NCBI GenBank assembly: GCA_964599915.1
Contig: CAZRHR010000001.1
Span: forward strand, 12,019-76,018
Length of the DNA: 64,000 bases
Source of the DNA: an uncultured Candidatus Competibacteraceae bacterium
Lineage (GTDB): Bacteria; Bacteroidota; Bacteroidia; CAIKAF01
Direction: 5' to 3'
A program made the translations under genes and the position numbers. Each line of letters begins with the position of its first letter. Positions within the stretch are counted from its first letter, which is position 1. Positions 28,277-37,869 of this stretch are shown here, piece by piece. The notes under the pieces are model-generated. The model saw only the letters and a program-made list of their open reading frames with translations, was not told the origin of the DNA and made no database searches.

Positions 28277-29106
28277 TTTGGCTTAATTGCCTCCATAAAA
28301 AGAGAATCTGGTTTGCGGGTATAGCCGTTTTCAATATCCAAGCTGTTATATTTTTCCCATTGATTAATCAAGCTTTTATCGGCTGTAGTTTTTTGAACTT
28401 GTACAAAACCGATATTTTCAAGCAGATTTTGTAGGGAATACGGATCGTACATCCATAAATGCACTTCACCTTCCGTGCGGAATTTACCTGTCTGAAATTG
28501 TTTTTTTTCGCTTTCGCTCTTGCCGTTGCTTCCGCCCAACATAAGTATCAGCTTATGTTTCAACTTATCGGTAAACGAACTGTTTTCAGCCGTTTTAGAT
28601 ACTACTTTTTCTCCCGGTTGAAGGAGTTGGTTGCGAAATGCCACAAATTCATCTCCGATGCGTTGTTGTATGAATTCAGTATTCACTAGATTTTCCTTTT
28701 TCCACATTTTAATCATTTCGCCACCACTCTGGTTTCTGGATAATTGATCTATCAATTCAATCACGGCCCACTGATAATTGGCTTTTGTTTTTTCGTCCGG
28801 ATGGTTTCTGACTTCAGCCAGACATTCCAGATAGGATTTTGTGATACCTTCCAAATCGGGCACCGCAATGCGAATTATACCTGCAGGTTTAAGTATCCTA
28901 AAACATTCCGAAATGAAATATTTCCCGCCTTCTTTAGTAAAATGTTCCAATACATGTGAATGATATACAACATCCGTTGAATTGTCATCTAAGGGGATTC
29001 CTTGGGTAAGGTCACAGAGGATAACATCCGGACTATTTGAATAGAAATCAAAATTTATCCAATCTTTATGAAAACGACTTCCGCAGCCTAAATTAACATA
29101 CTTCAT
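28273..29106 (-). CDS. Class I SAM-dependent methyltransferase (Methyltransf_11/23-like)
   Basis: VNLGCGSRFHKDWINFD...DVVYHSHVLEHF...RILKPAGIIRIAVPD is the classic motif I/II/III layout. Confidence 0.75.
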   Translation of the reverse strand: MKYVNLGCGSRFHKDWINFDFYSNSPDVILCDLTQGIPLDDNSTDVVYHSHVLEHFTKEGGKYFISECFRILKPAGIIRIAVPDLEGITKSYLECLAEVRNHPDEKTKANYQWAVIELIDQLSRNQSGGEMIKMWKKENLVNTEFIQQRIGDEFVAFRNQLLQPGEKVVSKTAENSSFTDKLKHKLILMLGGSNGKSESEKKQFQTGKFRTEGEVHLWMYDPYSLQNLLENIGFVQVQKTTADKSLINQWEKYNSLDIENGYTRKPDSLFMEAIKPK

Positions 29107-30631
29107 TTGAGTTTAGGATTTTGCTGAGATGTAAACAAACAATATTAACGGTGTCATAATCGCCTAAAAACGGATACATGAGTGGTCTTTTGGAATGATA
29201 TATACCTCTGAAATTAATTGTAAATCCTGCTGAATTTATGTTTAATTCTGAAGATTTTTTAATCCTGAGAATCAGTACCGCCTCTATTACATGCCAATTA
29301 TGAAGGTTTTGGAACAGTTCTTCATAATTATCATCAACTACACCAACCAAAAAATGTGAACCATGTTCATCGAATGAAATCGATTCCTTTTCGCTGTAAG
29401 GGATTTTATTCTCGTTCAAATTAGCTTCCAATAATTCCAAAGAAATTGGATAGAGGGTATCCTTTAATATTATTGCCTTTTCGATGTCGTGACAACGAAA
29501 TACTTCAGATGCCAAAAGACCGAACTGTTCATTATATAAAAGCAACTTATCGAAGGAATTCTTTTTCGAAAGATGCCATTTTCTAAAAACAACCTCTTTC
29601 TCCAATTTTAGCGTCTCACCTGAATAAAACTTCCAAGTTTTTTGATTCCAAATGTAAGAACCTATGGTTTTTTCAGGTTGATATTTCAGGTTTTTCTCAT
29701 TCTGAAAGTGTTGGGCTGAAGCCGCACTAAGCTTATTCTTCAGCTTTTGCACTAAGGGTGTTTTTTCTTCTTTTACAAAAAAGATGTTTTCAAACAAATG
29801 TTGATCTCTCTTCTTGTCCACCTCTACTTTAGAAGGGTGCTTTAACGGTAGAATGGGCAATGTAGTTCTATTACCCAGTACTGAATCTCCCTTGGTATGG
29901 GTTCCTTCTTCATCAAATCCTATGTTTGAAACCAAATTTACCGAAGGTGTGATGCAAATTCCATTATTTTTCCAAATGGCATATGTCCACTGATAATCCC
30001 AAATGTCTCTCTGTCCAAACTCAACGAGATTAAATTTTTCAATCCAGTATTTTTTAAATGAACGGTTAGAATTTATCTTTTCAATCGTGACAGAATTTTT
30101 AAACGCATCATAATCCTGAAGCTGAAAGCTGAAATGTTTCCAAGCTCTGCGCCAGGTAGCCCATCCCCAACAATGTGGAATTTCAGAAAAAAAGTAAGAC
30201 TCATCAACCCGTTTCGGAAGATCGCTCAATAAATTACCTCCGATGTTCATTACTGCGTCGTTGTTTTTATACTTTTCCAACAATTCGCTGCAGTAGTCAA
30301 AAAAGTCACGGTGTGGCATACAATCGTCTTCCAGAATGATACCCTGTTCTTCATGTTCAAAAAACCAGGTAATTCCAGAGGATGGTCCGGGTCCACAACC
30401 CATATTTTCATCCATAAACCGGATTTTTACTTCGCAGGGCCAGGTTATAGATTCCAACACCGCCTTACGAGCAGCATCGCACTTTTCAATATCTGTCGGA
30501 TGGGATGGTCTTGGTCCGTCGGCAGTAATATATAATTTGTCTGGTCTGTAGGCTGAAATGGCCTGCACAACCTCTCTAACCTTTTCCGGCCGATTAAAAA
30601 TTATTAGAAGTATAGGGGTATTATGATTCAA
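29093..30631 (-). CDS. GT-A-type glycosyltransferase candidate (HlpA-like) with a ~200-aa C-terminal extension
   Basis: N-terminal ILLIIFNRPEKVREVVQAISAYRPDKLYITADGPR and ILEDDC resemble the GT-A family frequently annotated as HlpA-like in Bacteroidota. Confidence 0.5.
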   Translation of the reverse strand: MNHNTPILLIIFNRPEKVREVVQAISAYRPDKLYITADGPRPSHPTDIEKCDAARKAVLESITWPCEVKIRFMDENMGCGPGPSSGITWFFEHEEQGIILEDDCMPHRDFFDYCSELLEKYKNNDAVMNIGGNLLSDLPKRVDESYFFSEIPHCWGWATWRRAWKHFSFQLQDYDAFKNSVTIEKINSNRSFKKYWIEKFNLVEFGQRDIWDYQWTYAIWKNNGICITPSVNLVSNIGFDEEGTHTKGDSVLGNRTTLPILPLKHPSKVEVDKKRDQHLFENIFFVKEEKTPLVQKLKNKLSAASAQHFQNEKNLKYQPEKTIGSYIWNQKTWKFYSGETLKLEKEVVFRKWHLSKKNSFDKLLLYNEQFGLLASEVFRCHDIEKAIILKDTLYPISLELLEANLNENKIPYSEKESISFDEHGSHFLVGVVDDNYEELFQNLHNWHVIEAVLILRIKKSSELNINSAGFTINFRGIYHSKRPLMYPFLGDYDTVNIVCLHLSKILNSNEVC

Positions 30632-30663
30632 TTAACAAGCTTAGGAAAAGATTAAAAAAAAAA

Positions 30664-31482
30664 TTAAAAGTCAATCCAATTCCAATTAATAGACATGATA
30701 CCGGGTGGATACTCTGATTTTATTTTAAATCCAAGCCAATACTTAGGGGCAAAAACTTCAGCATTATGATAATTAAGATATGCACCCCACCATGCAAACG
30801 TGCTATTTGAAATAATTAGTTTGTCTGCATTGAGTAATACCTGAAAATCATTTATTTCAGAATCTGAAATGTATTCAACTTGCAACAATGATTTAAAGGT
30901 ATTCTTTGCCAAAGTTATATCATCTGTTAAAATTACCAAACGGTATTTGCCTATATTTTCGATTAAACTCATTGCATGCAAATAATAGTCAATAGGCAAA
31001 GTATAATCTGTTCCTCCCCAATTTCTATAATCTGTCCCTCTGTAATGGATAACTAAATTCGGTATATCACTTTCAATTAAAAAATAAAATTTATCATTAA
31101 ACCTTTTAATATATTTGTTTTTTAAAGTAAATAATTTCTTAATATCATTTTTAAATTCATAAAAATATTGATCAGTTTGGAAAAATCCATGATAAAGAAT
31201 ATTGTCCTCACCTAAATAATTTAAGAAAGAAATGGCTTCACAATTAGAATATTCTGAAATTGATTTTATTCTTTTTTTGTTAATTCTTAAATACCATAGG
31301 GATAAAATTTTTTTCAATTGAAATTCAAAAATTCCTAGCTTGAAATAATTGAGCCTATTCTTGAAATGAGTTTCTGTTTCAAGCAGAAAGTAATTTGTTC
31401 TAAGTTTTTTACTTAAAGAATAGGCAAAAGCATATTGAAACATTTGGTTTCCTAAGCGGCCTTGAATTTTGACAAAAATCAT
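30664..31482 (-). CDS. GT11 alpha-1,2-fucosyltransferase-like glycosyltransferase
   Basis: IFVKIQGRLGNQMFQYAFAYSL is the GT11 hallmark (GGLGNQMFQYA). Confidence 0.8.
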   Translation of the reverse strand: MIFVKIQGRLGNQMFQYAFAYSLSKKLRTNYFLLETETHFKNRLNYFKLGIFEFQLKKILSLWYLRINKKRIKSISEYSNCEAISFLNYLGEDNILYHGFFQTDQYFYEFKNDIKKLFTLKNKYIKRFNDKFYFLIESDIPNLVIHYRGTDYRNWGGTDYTLPIDYYLHAMSLIENIGKYRLVILTDDITLAKNTFKSLLQVEYISDSEINDFQVLLNADKLIISNSTFAWWGAYLNYHNAEVFAPKYWLGFKIKSEYPPGIMSINWNWIDF

Positions 31483-32258
31483 TTTATCAAAAAATTGAAA
31501 ATTAGGGCATTATTTATAATTATAAACTTTTTAGCTTTAAACATCAAAATATCTCCATATTCATAATCTGGCTGAAAAATTGACTCAAAATCATTAATTT
31601 TAGATAGTTCAAAATATTTAATATGCTTGTTTGTTGATTCATACAAAAGTAGATATTTGTAACCTAAGCTGTTTAGTAATTTTATTATGTTTATTGTCTT
31701 AGAGAAATATTTTGGCTCCCATCCCCCAATACCCAATTTTTTTGAAGATCCACCGCCATATTCAAATTCAATAATTTCTGGAAAATATTTTGCTGGAAGT
31801 TCACCAAATTGTTTAATAATATTGTACTCACTCCCCTCTGTGTCCATTTTAATAATTGTAATCCTTTCAATGTTAAATAATTGAATAATATCACTAAGTG
31901 TTATCGTTTTAACAATCTTAGCCTGACTTTTATTTGTTACGCCCCACCAATCTCTGTTTATGGATGAGACATCAGGACAATTCGCATTTTCAAAAATTCC
32001 AGTATAAATTGTTGTCTCCCCTGTTTCGTCTGTCAAACAGGCTTGCACCAACTCAATTTCATTCTTTCTTATAATTCTAAGTAATCTTTCAGAAGGCAAT
32101 GGTTCAATTGCAATCGTCTTATAATTATTTTTAGCAAATAACTCACAATAAAAATTGTAAGTACCTACACCTACATCAATTGCATAACCATGCCGTTTCT
32201 TGTCGTAAATATGCAGTAACTTAGTTAAGTTTTTTAAAATAGTTTGTTCAACATTCAT
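31479..32258 (-). CDS. FkbM-family methyltransferase
   Basis: YAIDVGVGTYNF...IAIEPLP...IIKMDTEGSEYNII matches the FkbM DxGA and IDVEGAE motifs. Confidence 0.8.
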   Translation of the reverse strand: MNVEQTILKNLTKLLHIYDKKRHGYAIDVGVGTYNFYCELFAKNNYKTIAIEPLPSERLLRIIRKNEIELVQACLTDETGETTIYTGIFENANCPDVSSINRDWWGVTNKSQAKIVKTITLSDIIQLFNIERITIIKMDTEGSEYNIIKQFGELPAKYFPEIIEFEYGGGSSKKLGIGGWEPKYFSKTINIIKLLNSLGYKYLLLYESTNKHIKYFELSKINDFESIFQPDYEYGDILMFKAKKFIIINNALIFNFLIK

Positions 32259-32276
32259 TGATATATGATTTTAATT

Positions 32277-32926
32277 CACAATTGTCCAAAATGTTATTAA
32301 TCGCCCAAAATGTCATTTGATTGTTAGGCGTTTACGGCGGTAAAAAACCATTTTGCAATACCAATCCCCTGCATCAAAATAAAGTGGACGGTCGAATAAT
32401 GTTTTCAGGTTTGAAAAATGGGGTATTAAGCCAAAACCACAAGTCTATTATTGCAAATAAACTGATGTGTATAAAGCAAACCAAATTGTATAGATGCCAA
32501 GGGCACATTGCCTTGTTTTTCAAATAACTGGTAAGGAGCACGGCTATCATGGCACACCACATTTGTTTGCATACTGTGTTAGCCGAGGTTACCACAAACA
32601 TTTTGACACGGAAAAGCTGCTTTAAGTGCATAAAGAAGCTTTCAAAAGTCCATCTGGCCTTATTTAATTGTGAAATGGTGTTTGCTGTCCAAGACATTTC
32701 ATTGGTGGCTAAAATGAGATATTGGTCGCTTTGTTCATCACACACCCGAATCAAGCGCAGTATTTGGGGATAGTCTTTTAATCTTGTATTGCCCACCAGT
32801 CTTATGTCTTGGTCCGATAAGATGTGCGGATGCTTGGCGTTAGTTTCATAGCTGGTTTCCAACTAGATCTTCGATGTCCCTATTTTTATGACAAAAAAAT
32901 TATTTTGGACAGGTGTGATTAAAAAC
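32277..32926 (-). mobile_element. Second, internally deleted (~650 bp) copy of the IS4-like element retaining both terminal inverted repeats
   Basis: Ends are CACAATTGTCCAAAAT (32277-32292) and ATTTTGGACAGGTGTG (32911-32926). Relative to copy 1, roughly 12106..12795 is deleted. The remaining sequence is about 85-90% identical. Confidence 0.7.
32374..32862 (-). pseudogene. C-terminal 162-codon transposase fragment of IS copy 2
   Basis: METSYETNAKHPHILSDQDIRLVGNTRLKDYPQILRLIRVCDEQSDQYLILATNEMSWTANTISQLNKARWTFESFF... is about 85% identical to 12809..13297. Confidence 0.7.
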
Positions 32927-32949
32927 ACACTGAAAATCTGTTTGCCCAA

Positions 32950-33741
32950 TTAGTAAATTAATTTAACTCCTAACTCAAAAAACCTTTTAATAAAGATAAA
33001 TGAATACATATATCCATGCAACTTTAAAAAAGCAAAATTCATTTCGCGTAGTTTTTTCTTGTAGCTTCTTGGATCATGAAAGTCACTATTTTTTCCATGT
33101 ACTTGATAAATACCTGTTAAATCTGGTGTGTAAAAAGCTTGCCCCTTTTTAAGTATTATGTTATAAAGCATCCAGTCTCCGAAAGGAACTTTTAATAAAT
33201 GATTTTGATAAACTGGAAAATTAAAAATGTTCCTAAAAACAACCGTTAAAGTGAAGGCATAGTTTTCTTTCATGAAATCTGTTAATTCAAAAACTCTTTC
33301 CTTTTTATCTCCCAAATTTTGTCTTTGACCATTTATGAGATTTCTTTGCTCTACTGCTGTATAACACATCACATACTCCTGATTCCCCTCCAAAAAATCC
33401 ACCTGCCTTTGCAGCTTGCAGGGGTCAGTCCAGTAATCATCACCTTCACACAGGGCAATATATTTCCCATTTGCTTGCCCTAATGCCCAGATAAAATTGG
33501 GCATCATGCCTTTATTTTGGGTATGCCGGATGTAGCGAATCCAAGAAGCGCGCGGATGAGTAGCCATTATTTCCTGCATTACACCGGCCGTATTATCCGG
33601 AGAACAGTCGTCGGCAACAATTAGCTCCACGGGGAAATCACAGTCCTGCATCAGCACCCCTTCTACGGCCTGGCGTATAAAGGCTTCGTGCCCGTAAGTA
33701 ATCATAACCACGCTCACGGTAGGTTGCTTTAGCTCACTCAT
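32950..33741 (-). CDS. GT2 glycosyltransferase
   Basis: VSVVMITYGHEAFIRQAVEGVLMQD...LIVADDCSPDNT and CEGDDYW motifs. Confidence 0.85.
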   Translation of the reverse strand: MSELKQPTVSVVMITYGHEAFIRQAVEGVLMQDCDFPVELIVADDCSPDNTAGVMQEIMATHPRASWIRYIRHTQNKGMMPNFIWALGQANGKYIALCEGDDYWTDPCKLQRQVDFLEGNQEYVMCYTAVEQRNLINGQRQNLGDKKERVFELTDFMKENYAFTLTVVFRNIFNFPVYQNHLLKVPFGDWMLYNIILKKGQAFYTPDLTGIYQVHGKNSDFHDPRSYKKKLREMNFAFLKLHGYMYSFIFIKRFFELGVKLIY

Positions 33742-34355
33742 CGCGCGGGGACTCCCTTCACTGTTTTTCTGTCTTCAACATTTTGAGTTACCACAGCACC
33801 CGCTCCCACACGTGCTTCACAACCTACGCGCACACCAGGCAAAAGGGTTGCATTGGCTCCGATATGGGTATAACTTCCAATATAGCTATTACCTAAAATG
33901 GTGGCTCCCGGCGATAATTCTACGAAGTCACCTAATACACTATCGTGTGTAAGTATAGCATTCGAATACATCAGTAGTCCTTTCCCTGTTTTTACTGAAC
34001 TTGTAATGGTGGTATGCGCCAATATGGTTGCCCCATCACCTAACTCTACACCAAAATGACCAATAGATGCCAGGGGAGAAATTACAGAATGGACTTTACC
34101 ACCCCATGCTTCGAATAGTACACACATTTGAAGGCGTAGTTTGGGGTTGCCTAAGCCTAAAGCAAAATCGTTTGAGTAATCCTTGAAATATGCCTTTACC
34201 TCTGTTTCACTTTTCAGAATAGGAAACTGACCGAAAAGTTGTTGGGGTAAATCAGTTGACACGTTGTCAAAAAACACCAAATTATCTGTACGGCCCAATT
34301 CATAGCAAACTTCCAATAATTCTTTGGCAAAGCCTTTAGCACCTACAATAATCAT
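33738..34355 (-). CDS. Hexapeptide-repeat sugar N-acetyltransferase (PglD/NeuD family)
   Basis: N-terminal Rossmann-like MIIVGAKGFAKELLEVC followed by a left-handed beta-helix repeat region (IGHFGVELGDGATILAHTTI...). There is a 4-nt overlap with the next gene. Confidence 0.75.
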   Translation of the reverse strand: MIIVGAKGFAKELLEVCYELGRTDNLVFFDNVSTDLPQQLFGQFPILKSETEVKAYFKDYSNDFALGLGNPKLRLQMCVLFEAWGGKVHSVISPLASIGHFGVELGDGATILAHTTITSSVKTGKGLLMYSNAILTHDSVLGDFVELSPGATILGNSYIGSYTHIGANATLLPGVRVGCEARVGAGAVVTQNVEDRKTVKGVPAR

Positions 34356-34364
34356 ATATAATGC

Positions 34365-35471
34365 TCAATTGGAGTTGATATTGGTTAACAGCAGCTCATT
34401 CACCCACATACAAATCTTTTCAACATGCTGTAGTTCAATATTATGATACAATGGCAAACACAAAATACGTTGGGCTATACTTTCTGAAACGGGAAAGTTT
34501 TCTGCATTCACATAAGGCAGGGTATTCAAGCTCGGGTAAAAGTACCTACGCACAAGAACACCCTTCGCTTTTAAATGGCTTTCAGCATGAATCAACAAGT
34601 CTTCATTTTCAAAAATAACGGGAAAATAACTGTAATTCCATTCACATTCTTCTCGCATTTTTAAAAGTCCAAGATTAGGTTTAAGTAGCTTCCTATACGT
34701 ATCCACAGCTTGTTTTCGGCCCTTTAAGATGGTTACCATATATGGCAGCACAGATATACCCATAGCGGCCTGTAATTCACTGATTTTACCGTTAATACCC
34801 AAACCGTGAAAAGCCAGAGGCCCATCATGTCCGAAATTGTGGCTGTAATAAATTTGGTGAAAAAGTTCAGGGTCTTTAGAAAATACGGCACCGCCCTCGC
34901 CCGTGTGAAAAATTTTGGTCGCATGAAAGCTGCATGTACTGATGTCGCCATACTCGAAGATACTTTTGCCTTTGTATTTCACTCCGAAACAATGAGCTGC
35001 ATCATAGATGACCTTAATATTGTGTTTATTGGCAATGGCCTCAATGGCCTCCACATGACATGGATTACCAAACACATGCGTAGCCAAAATGCAGGTGGTA
35101 CATGGGGTTATAGCAGCTTCAATTTTGGTTTCATCAATGGTTAAATATTCGGGGTGTATATCCACAAAGACGGGGGTGCAGTTTTCCCATACGATCGCTG
35201 CAGTAGTGGCCACATAACTGAATGGCGTGGTAATGATTTCCCCTCCATTCCCCATTAACTTCAGAGCTACCTGCAATGGAAAGGTACCATTATTGGTAAT
35301 GAGTATTTTGCTTTCTTGTAAACCGAGGTAATCCGTCAACTTTTGTTCAAGTTCCAGCACAAGTTGTCCCCGATTAGTGAGCCACTGGTTGTCATAGGCG
35401 CGCTGCACCTGCACCATATACTCATCTAAGGGTGGAAGGAAAGATTTAGTTACGGGAATCATCTTATTCAA
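34365..35471 (-). CDS. DegT/DnrJ/EryC1/StrS-family sugar aminotransferase (PglE/WecE-like)
   Basis: Full-length PLP aminotransferase of this family (GKSIFEYGDISTCSFHATKIF lysine region). Sits upstream of the PglD-like acetyltransferase. Confidence 0.9.
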   Translation of the reverse strand: MNKMIPVTKSFLPPLDEYMVQVQRAYDNQWLTNRGQLVLELEQKLTDYLGLQESKILITNNGTFPLQVALKLMGNGGEIITTPFSYVATTAAIVWENCTPVFVDIHPEYLTIDETKIEAAITPCTTCILATHVFGNPCHVEAIEAIANKHNIKVIYDAAHCFGVKYKGKSIFEYGDISTCSFHATKIFHTGEGGAVFSKDPELFHQIYYSHNFGHDGPLAFHGLGINGKISELQAAMGISVLPYMVTILKGRKQAVDTYRKLLKPNLGLLKMREECEWNYSYFPVIFENEDLLIHAESHLKAKGVLVRRYFYPSLNTLPYVNAENFPVSESIAQRILCLPLYHNIELQHVEKICMWVNELLLTNINSN

Positions 35472-36268
35472 AGTGGAATAGAACGGTCTAAGAATAATAA
35501 TTCTCCCTTTTCATATGCACCCTGAGCTTGCTTTAAATTATACCATATTTTGGGACGTATAATTATACTTTCGGGATTGCTATTCAAAAATGCAGCCCAC
35601 CAACTAAACGTACTATTTGCCAAAATTATATTCCTACACTTTGCCATAAGGTGCAACTCTTCAAAATCCTTTAGGCTAAATAAATCATCACAGAACAGAA
35701 CATTAATTGACAACCCAAAGTTTTCTTTACACCATGCCATATCATTGGAAAATACAATAAACTTAGTTGATGGATCTTGAGATTGTATATAATTAATAGC
35801 TTTGTTATAATAATCGAAAGTTAAATTTTTAAATATTATAGTATTTTCCGGGTTTAAATAATCTCCTCTTCTAATGTGTATGGCTGTGTAATTTCCTGAT
35901 TCTATAAATAAAACAGCATTTTTGTATGCGTCCCTTTTATTTTTTATTTCAAAATCAAGCCTAAGTTTAGGAATCACGTTTTGAAAATAACATGGATAGG
36001 CCCAATATCCATTTAAATAAGTGTAATTGCCCACTTTTGTAATATCAATTTTATCCCAAATTGGGTCTATAATTTTTTTGTGTCGAAAATTAAAATATAA
36101 ACCCTTTGGAAAACTATTCTTATTAAACAGAGAATAGCTAATGTTGAAATTATTCAAATAATTATCAGATTCAAAATCCAAAAAACAAGACTTATCTGAA
36201 ATGGCTTTAGATAATGCATATTGGAACATTTGATTACCTAAGCCAGCAAATATTTTTATTACAACCAT
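35468..36268 (-). CDS. GT11 alpha-1,2-fucosyltransferase-like glycosyltransferase (second copy)
   Basis: VVIKIFAGLGNQMFQYALSKAI is the GT11 hallmark. Confidence 0.8.
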   Translation of the reverse strand: MVVIKIFAGLGNQMFQYALSKAISDKSCFLDFESDNYLNNFNISYSLFNKNSFPKGLYFNFRHKKIIDPIWDKIDITKVGNYTYLNGYWAYPCYFQNVIPKLRLDFEIKNKRDAYKNAVLFIESGNYTAIHIRRGDYLNPENTIIFKNLTFDYYNKAINYIQSQDPSTKFIVFSNDMAWCKENFGLSINVLFCDDLFSLKDFEELHLMAKCRNIILANSTFSWWAAFLNSNPESIIIRPKIWYNLKQAQGAYEKGELLFLDRSIPL

Positions 36269-36387
36269 TTAAAAAGACGATAGATGTAAAATTTAATCCT
36301 TTTAAACCATGAGAAATGTTTGAAATTTACCCAAAGCTGATCACTAGCAACACCGTCAACGGCATCTTTAATAAGTGTAAAACCTCC

Positions 36388-36909
36388 TTAGTTAATGAAA
36401 TGTTCAACTTCATTTTTTAACGGTTGATTTTTGTAGAGTGGGATATTTTCAACCTCCATCCAAACCATTTTAATTTTATTGATATCATTTCCTGCACCCT
36501 CTAATACTAAAAGTTCAGCAACCTGAATATCCAAATGCACAAAATCAATCCATTCAATTTTTTCTCCTGTGAGGATATTTGGTAGTTTGATTGTTGAAAC
36601 CATAATAAAGACTGCAAATTTAAGCCAAAGAAAAATTTCTTTCATTTTGTATAATTCAAACAATGAACTTGACTTGTTTCCATATTACCAGTCAATAACC
36701 TATGCGCATTTTCTGGATTCCCTGAGGATAAAAAAACTATGAAAACCCCTTTCTTTAGCAAGAGCTTTTTGTATAATTATAAGGTTTTTTTCATCAAATT
36801 TTTTGATGTTTTGATACATGAGAACAATAATTTTTGCTGAAGGTTCAAATGCGTATATCTTGCAATTTTTAAAATATTTAGAACATCTATTGCATCTAAT
36901 ACATTGCAA
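36388..36909 (-). pseudogene. FkbM-family methyltransferase remnant split into two ORFs and N-terminally truncated
   Basis: 36700..36909 has YAFEPSAKIIVLMYQNI (the FkbM AFEP motif). 36388..36663 has LDIQVAELLVLEGA (the IDVEGAE motif). A stop/frameshift lies between them. Confidence 0.55.
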
Positions 36910-37040
36910 CTGCCTATGTCAAAAATTGTCATATCCTTATGTTTTGAAAAAAAGTAGCTTAGTTCTTTTGCAAACTCAATGAATCATCAATATAATTACC
37001 AGCAAAGTCTTTATTCATTCTTTAAGTTGTATTTCTCATG

Positions 37041-37769
37041 TTATATTATAATTTCTTTCATTTCGTTTTTAAGTACAAAAATGGAGTTAATTGTTGTGTC
37101 AGAATGGTGATGATAGCCATTACTAGTAAGTAAATCGATAATATCCATGTTTTTTCTCCACTGATGAGTACCTATTTTTCTTATTGTTTCTACACAAATC
37201 ACTTTTGGCAAACTCCCCTCATAATCAATAGATTCAAGAATTTTTTGATCATAGCCCTCTACATCTATACTTAAAAAATCTGGAAAAATATTATTGCAAT
37301 AGTTCATAAGTAATTCTTGAATAGTGATTACATCTATCGAAACGATCCCAATAGTTCCACCATTTATTCTTGCTTCTTCTTCGCTGAATGTGCCCAAAGC
37401 AGAATTACTGTTCTGATAAAATTGAAGCGTTCCTTTCTTATCTGAGATGCCGATCTCAAGATTCCTATCTGCTGGTCTGAACTTATTGAAAAGTTCTATT
37501 GAAACAGGATTAGGATCAATGTTTATGCCTCTTGAACCTGAAGAATAAAACAAAAAAGTGTTATTTAGTGAGAAAGGGTGATTTGCGCCGATGTCTATGA
37601 AGGAAGGCTTATCCAATTGAATTATATTCTTGAAAATGAAACTAACGATGAGGTCCTCTCCGCATTGCGAGTAAGATAATTTCACAAAACTTTCAGATAC
37701 TTTTGTATCGTTTTTATGCTTCAGTTGGGTTAGAATTTTTTTTATCATTCTTTTCTTTATTTTGAACAT
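37041..37769 (-). CDS. FkbM-family methyltransferase
   Basis: FIDIGANHPFSLNNTF...SIDVEGYDQKILESI are the FkbM motifs. Confidence 0.8.
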   Translation of the reverse strand: MFKIKKRMIKKILTQLKHKNDTKVSESFVKLSYSQCGEDLIVSFIFKNIIQLDKPSFIDIGANHPFSLNNTFLFYSSGSRGINIDPNPVSIELFNKFRPADRNLEIGISDKKGTLQFYQNSNSALGTFSEEEARINGGTIGIVSIDVITIQELLMNYCNNIFPDFLSIDVEGYDQKILESIDYEGSLPKVICVETIRKIGTHQWRKNMDIIDLLTSNGYHHHSDTTINSIFVLKNEMKEIII

Positions 37770-37869
37770 GAAAGAATTTGAATTAGTGTAGTTTTAACAT
37801 ATTTAGCATGTCTGAGGAAACGGATTAATAAAAAATCGCATCATATTACCACAACAAGATTTTTAAATA

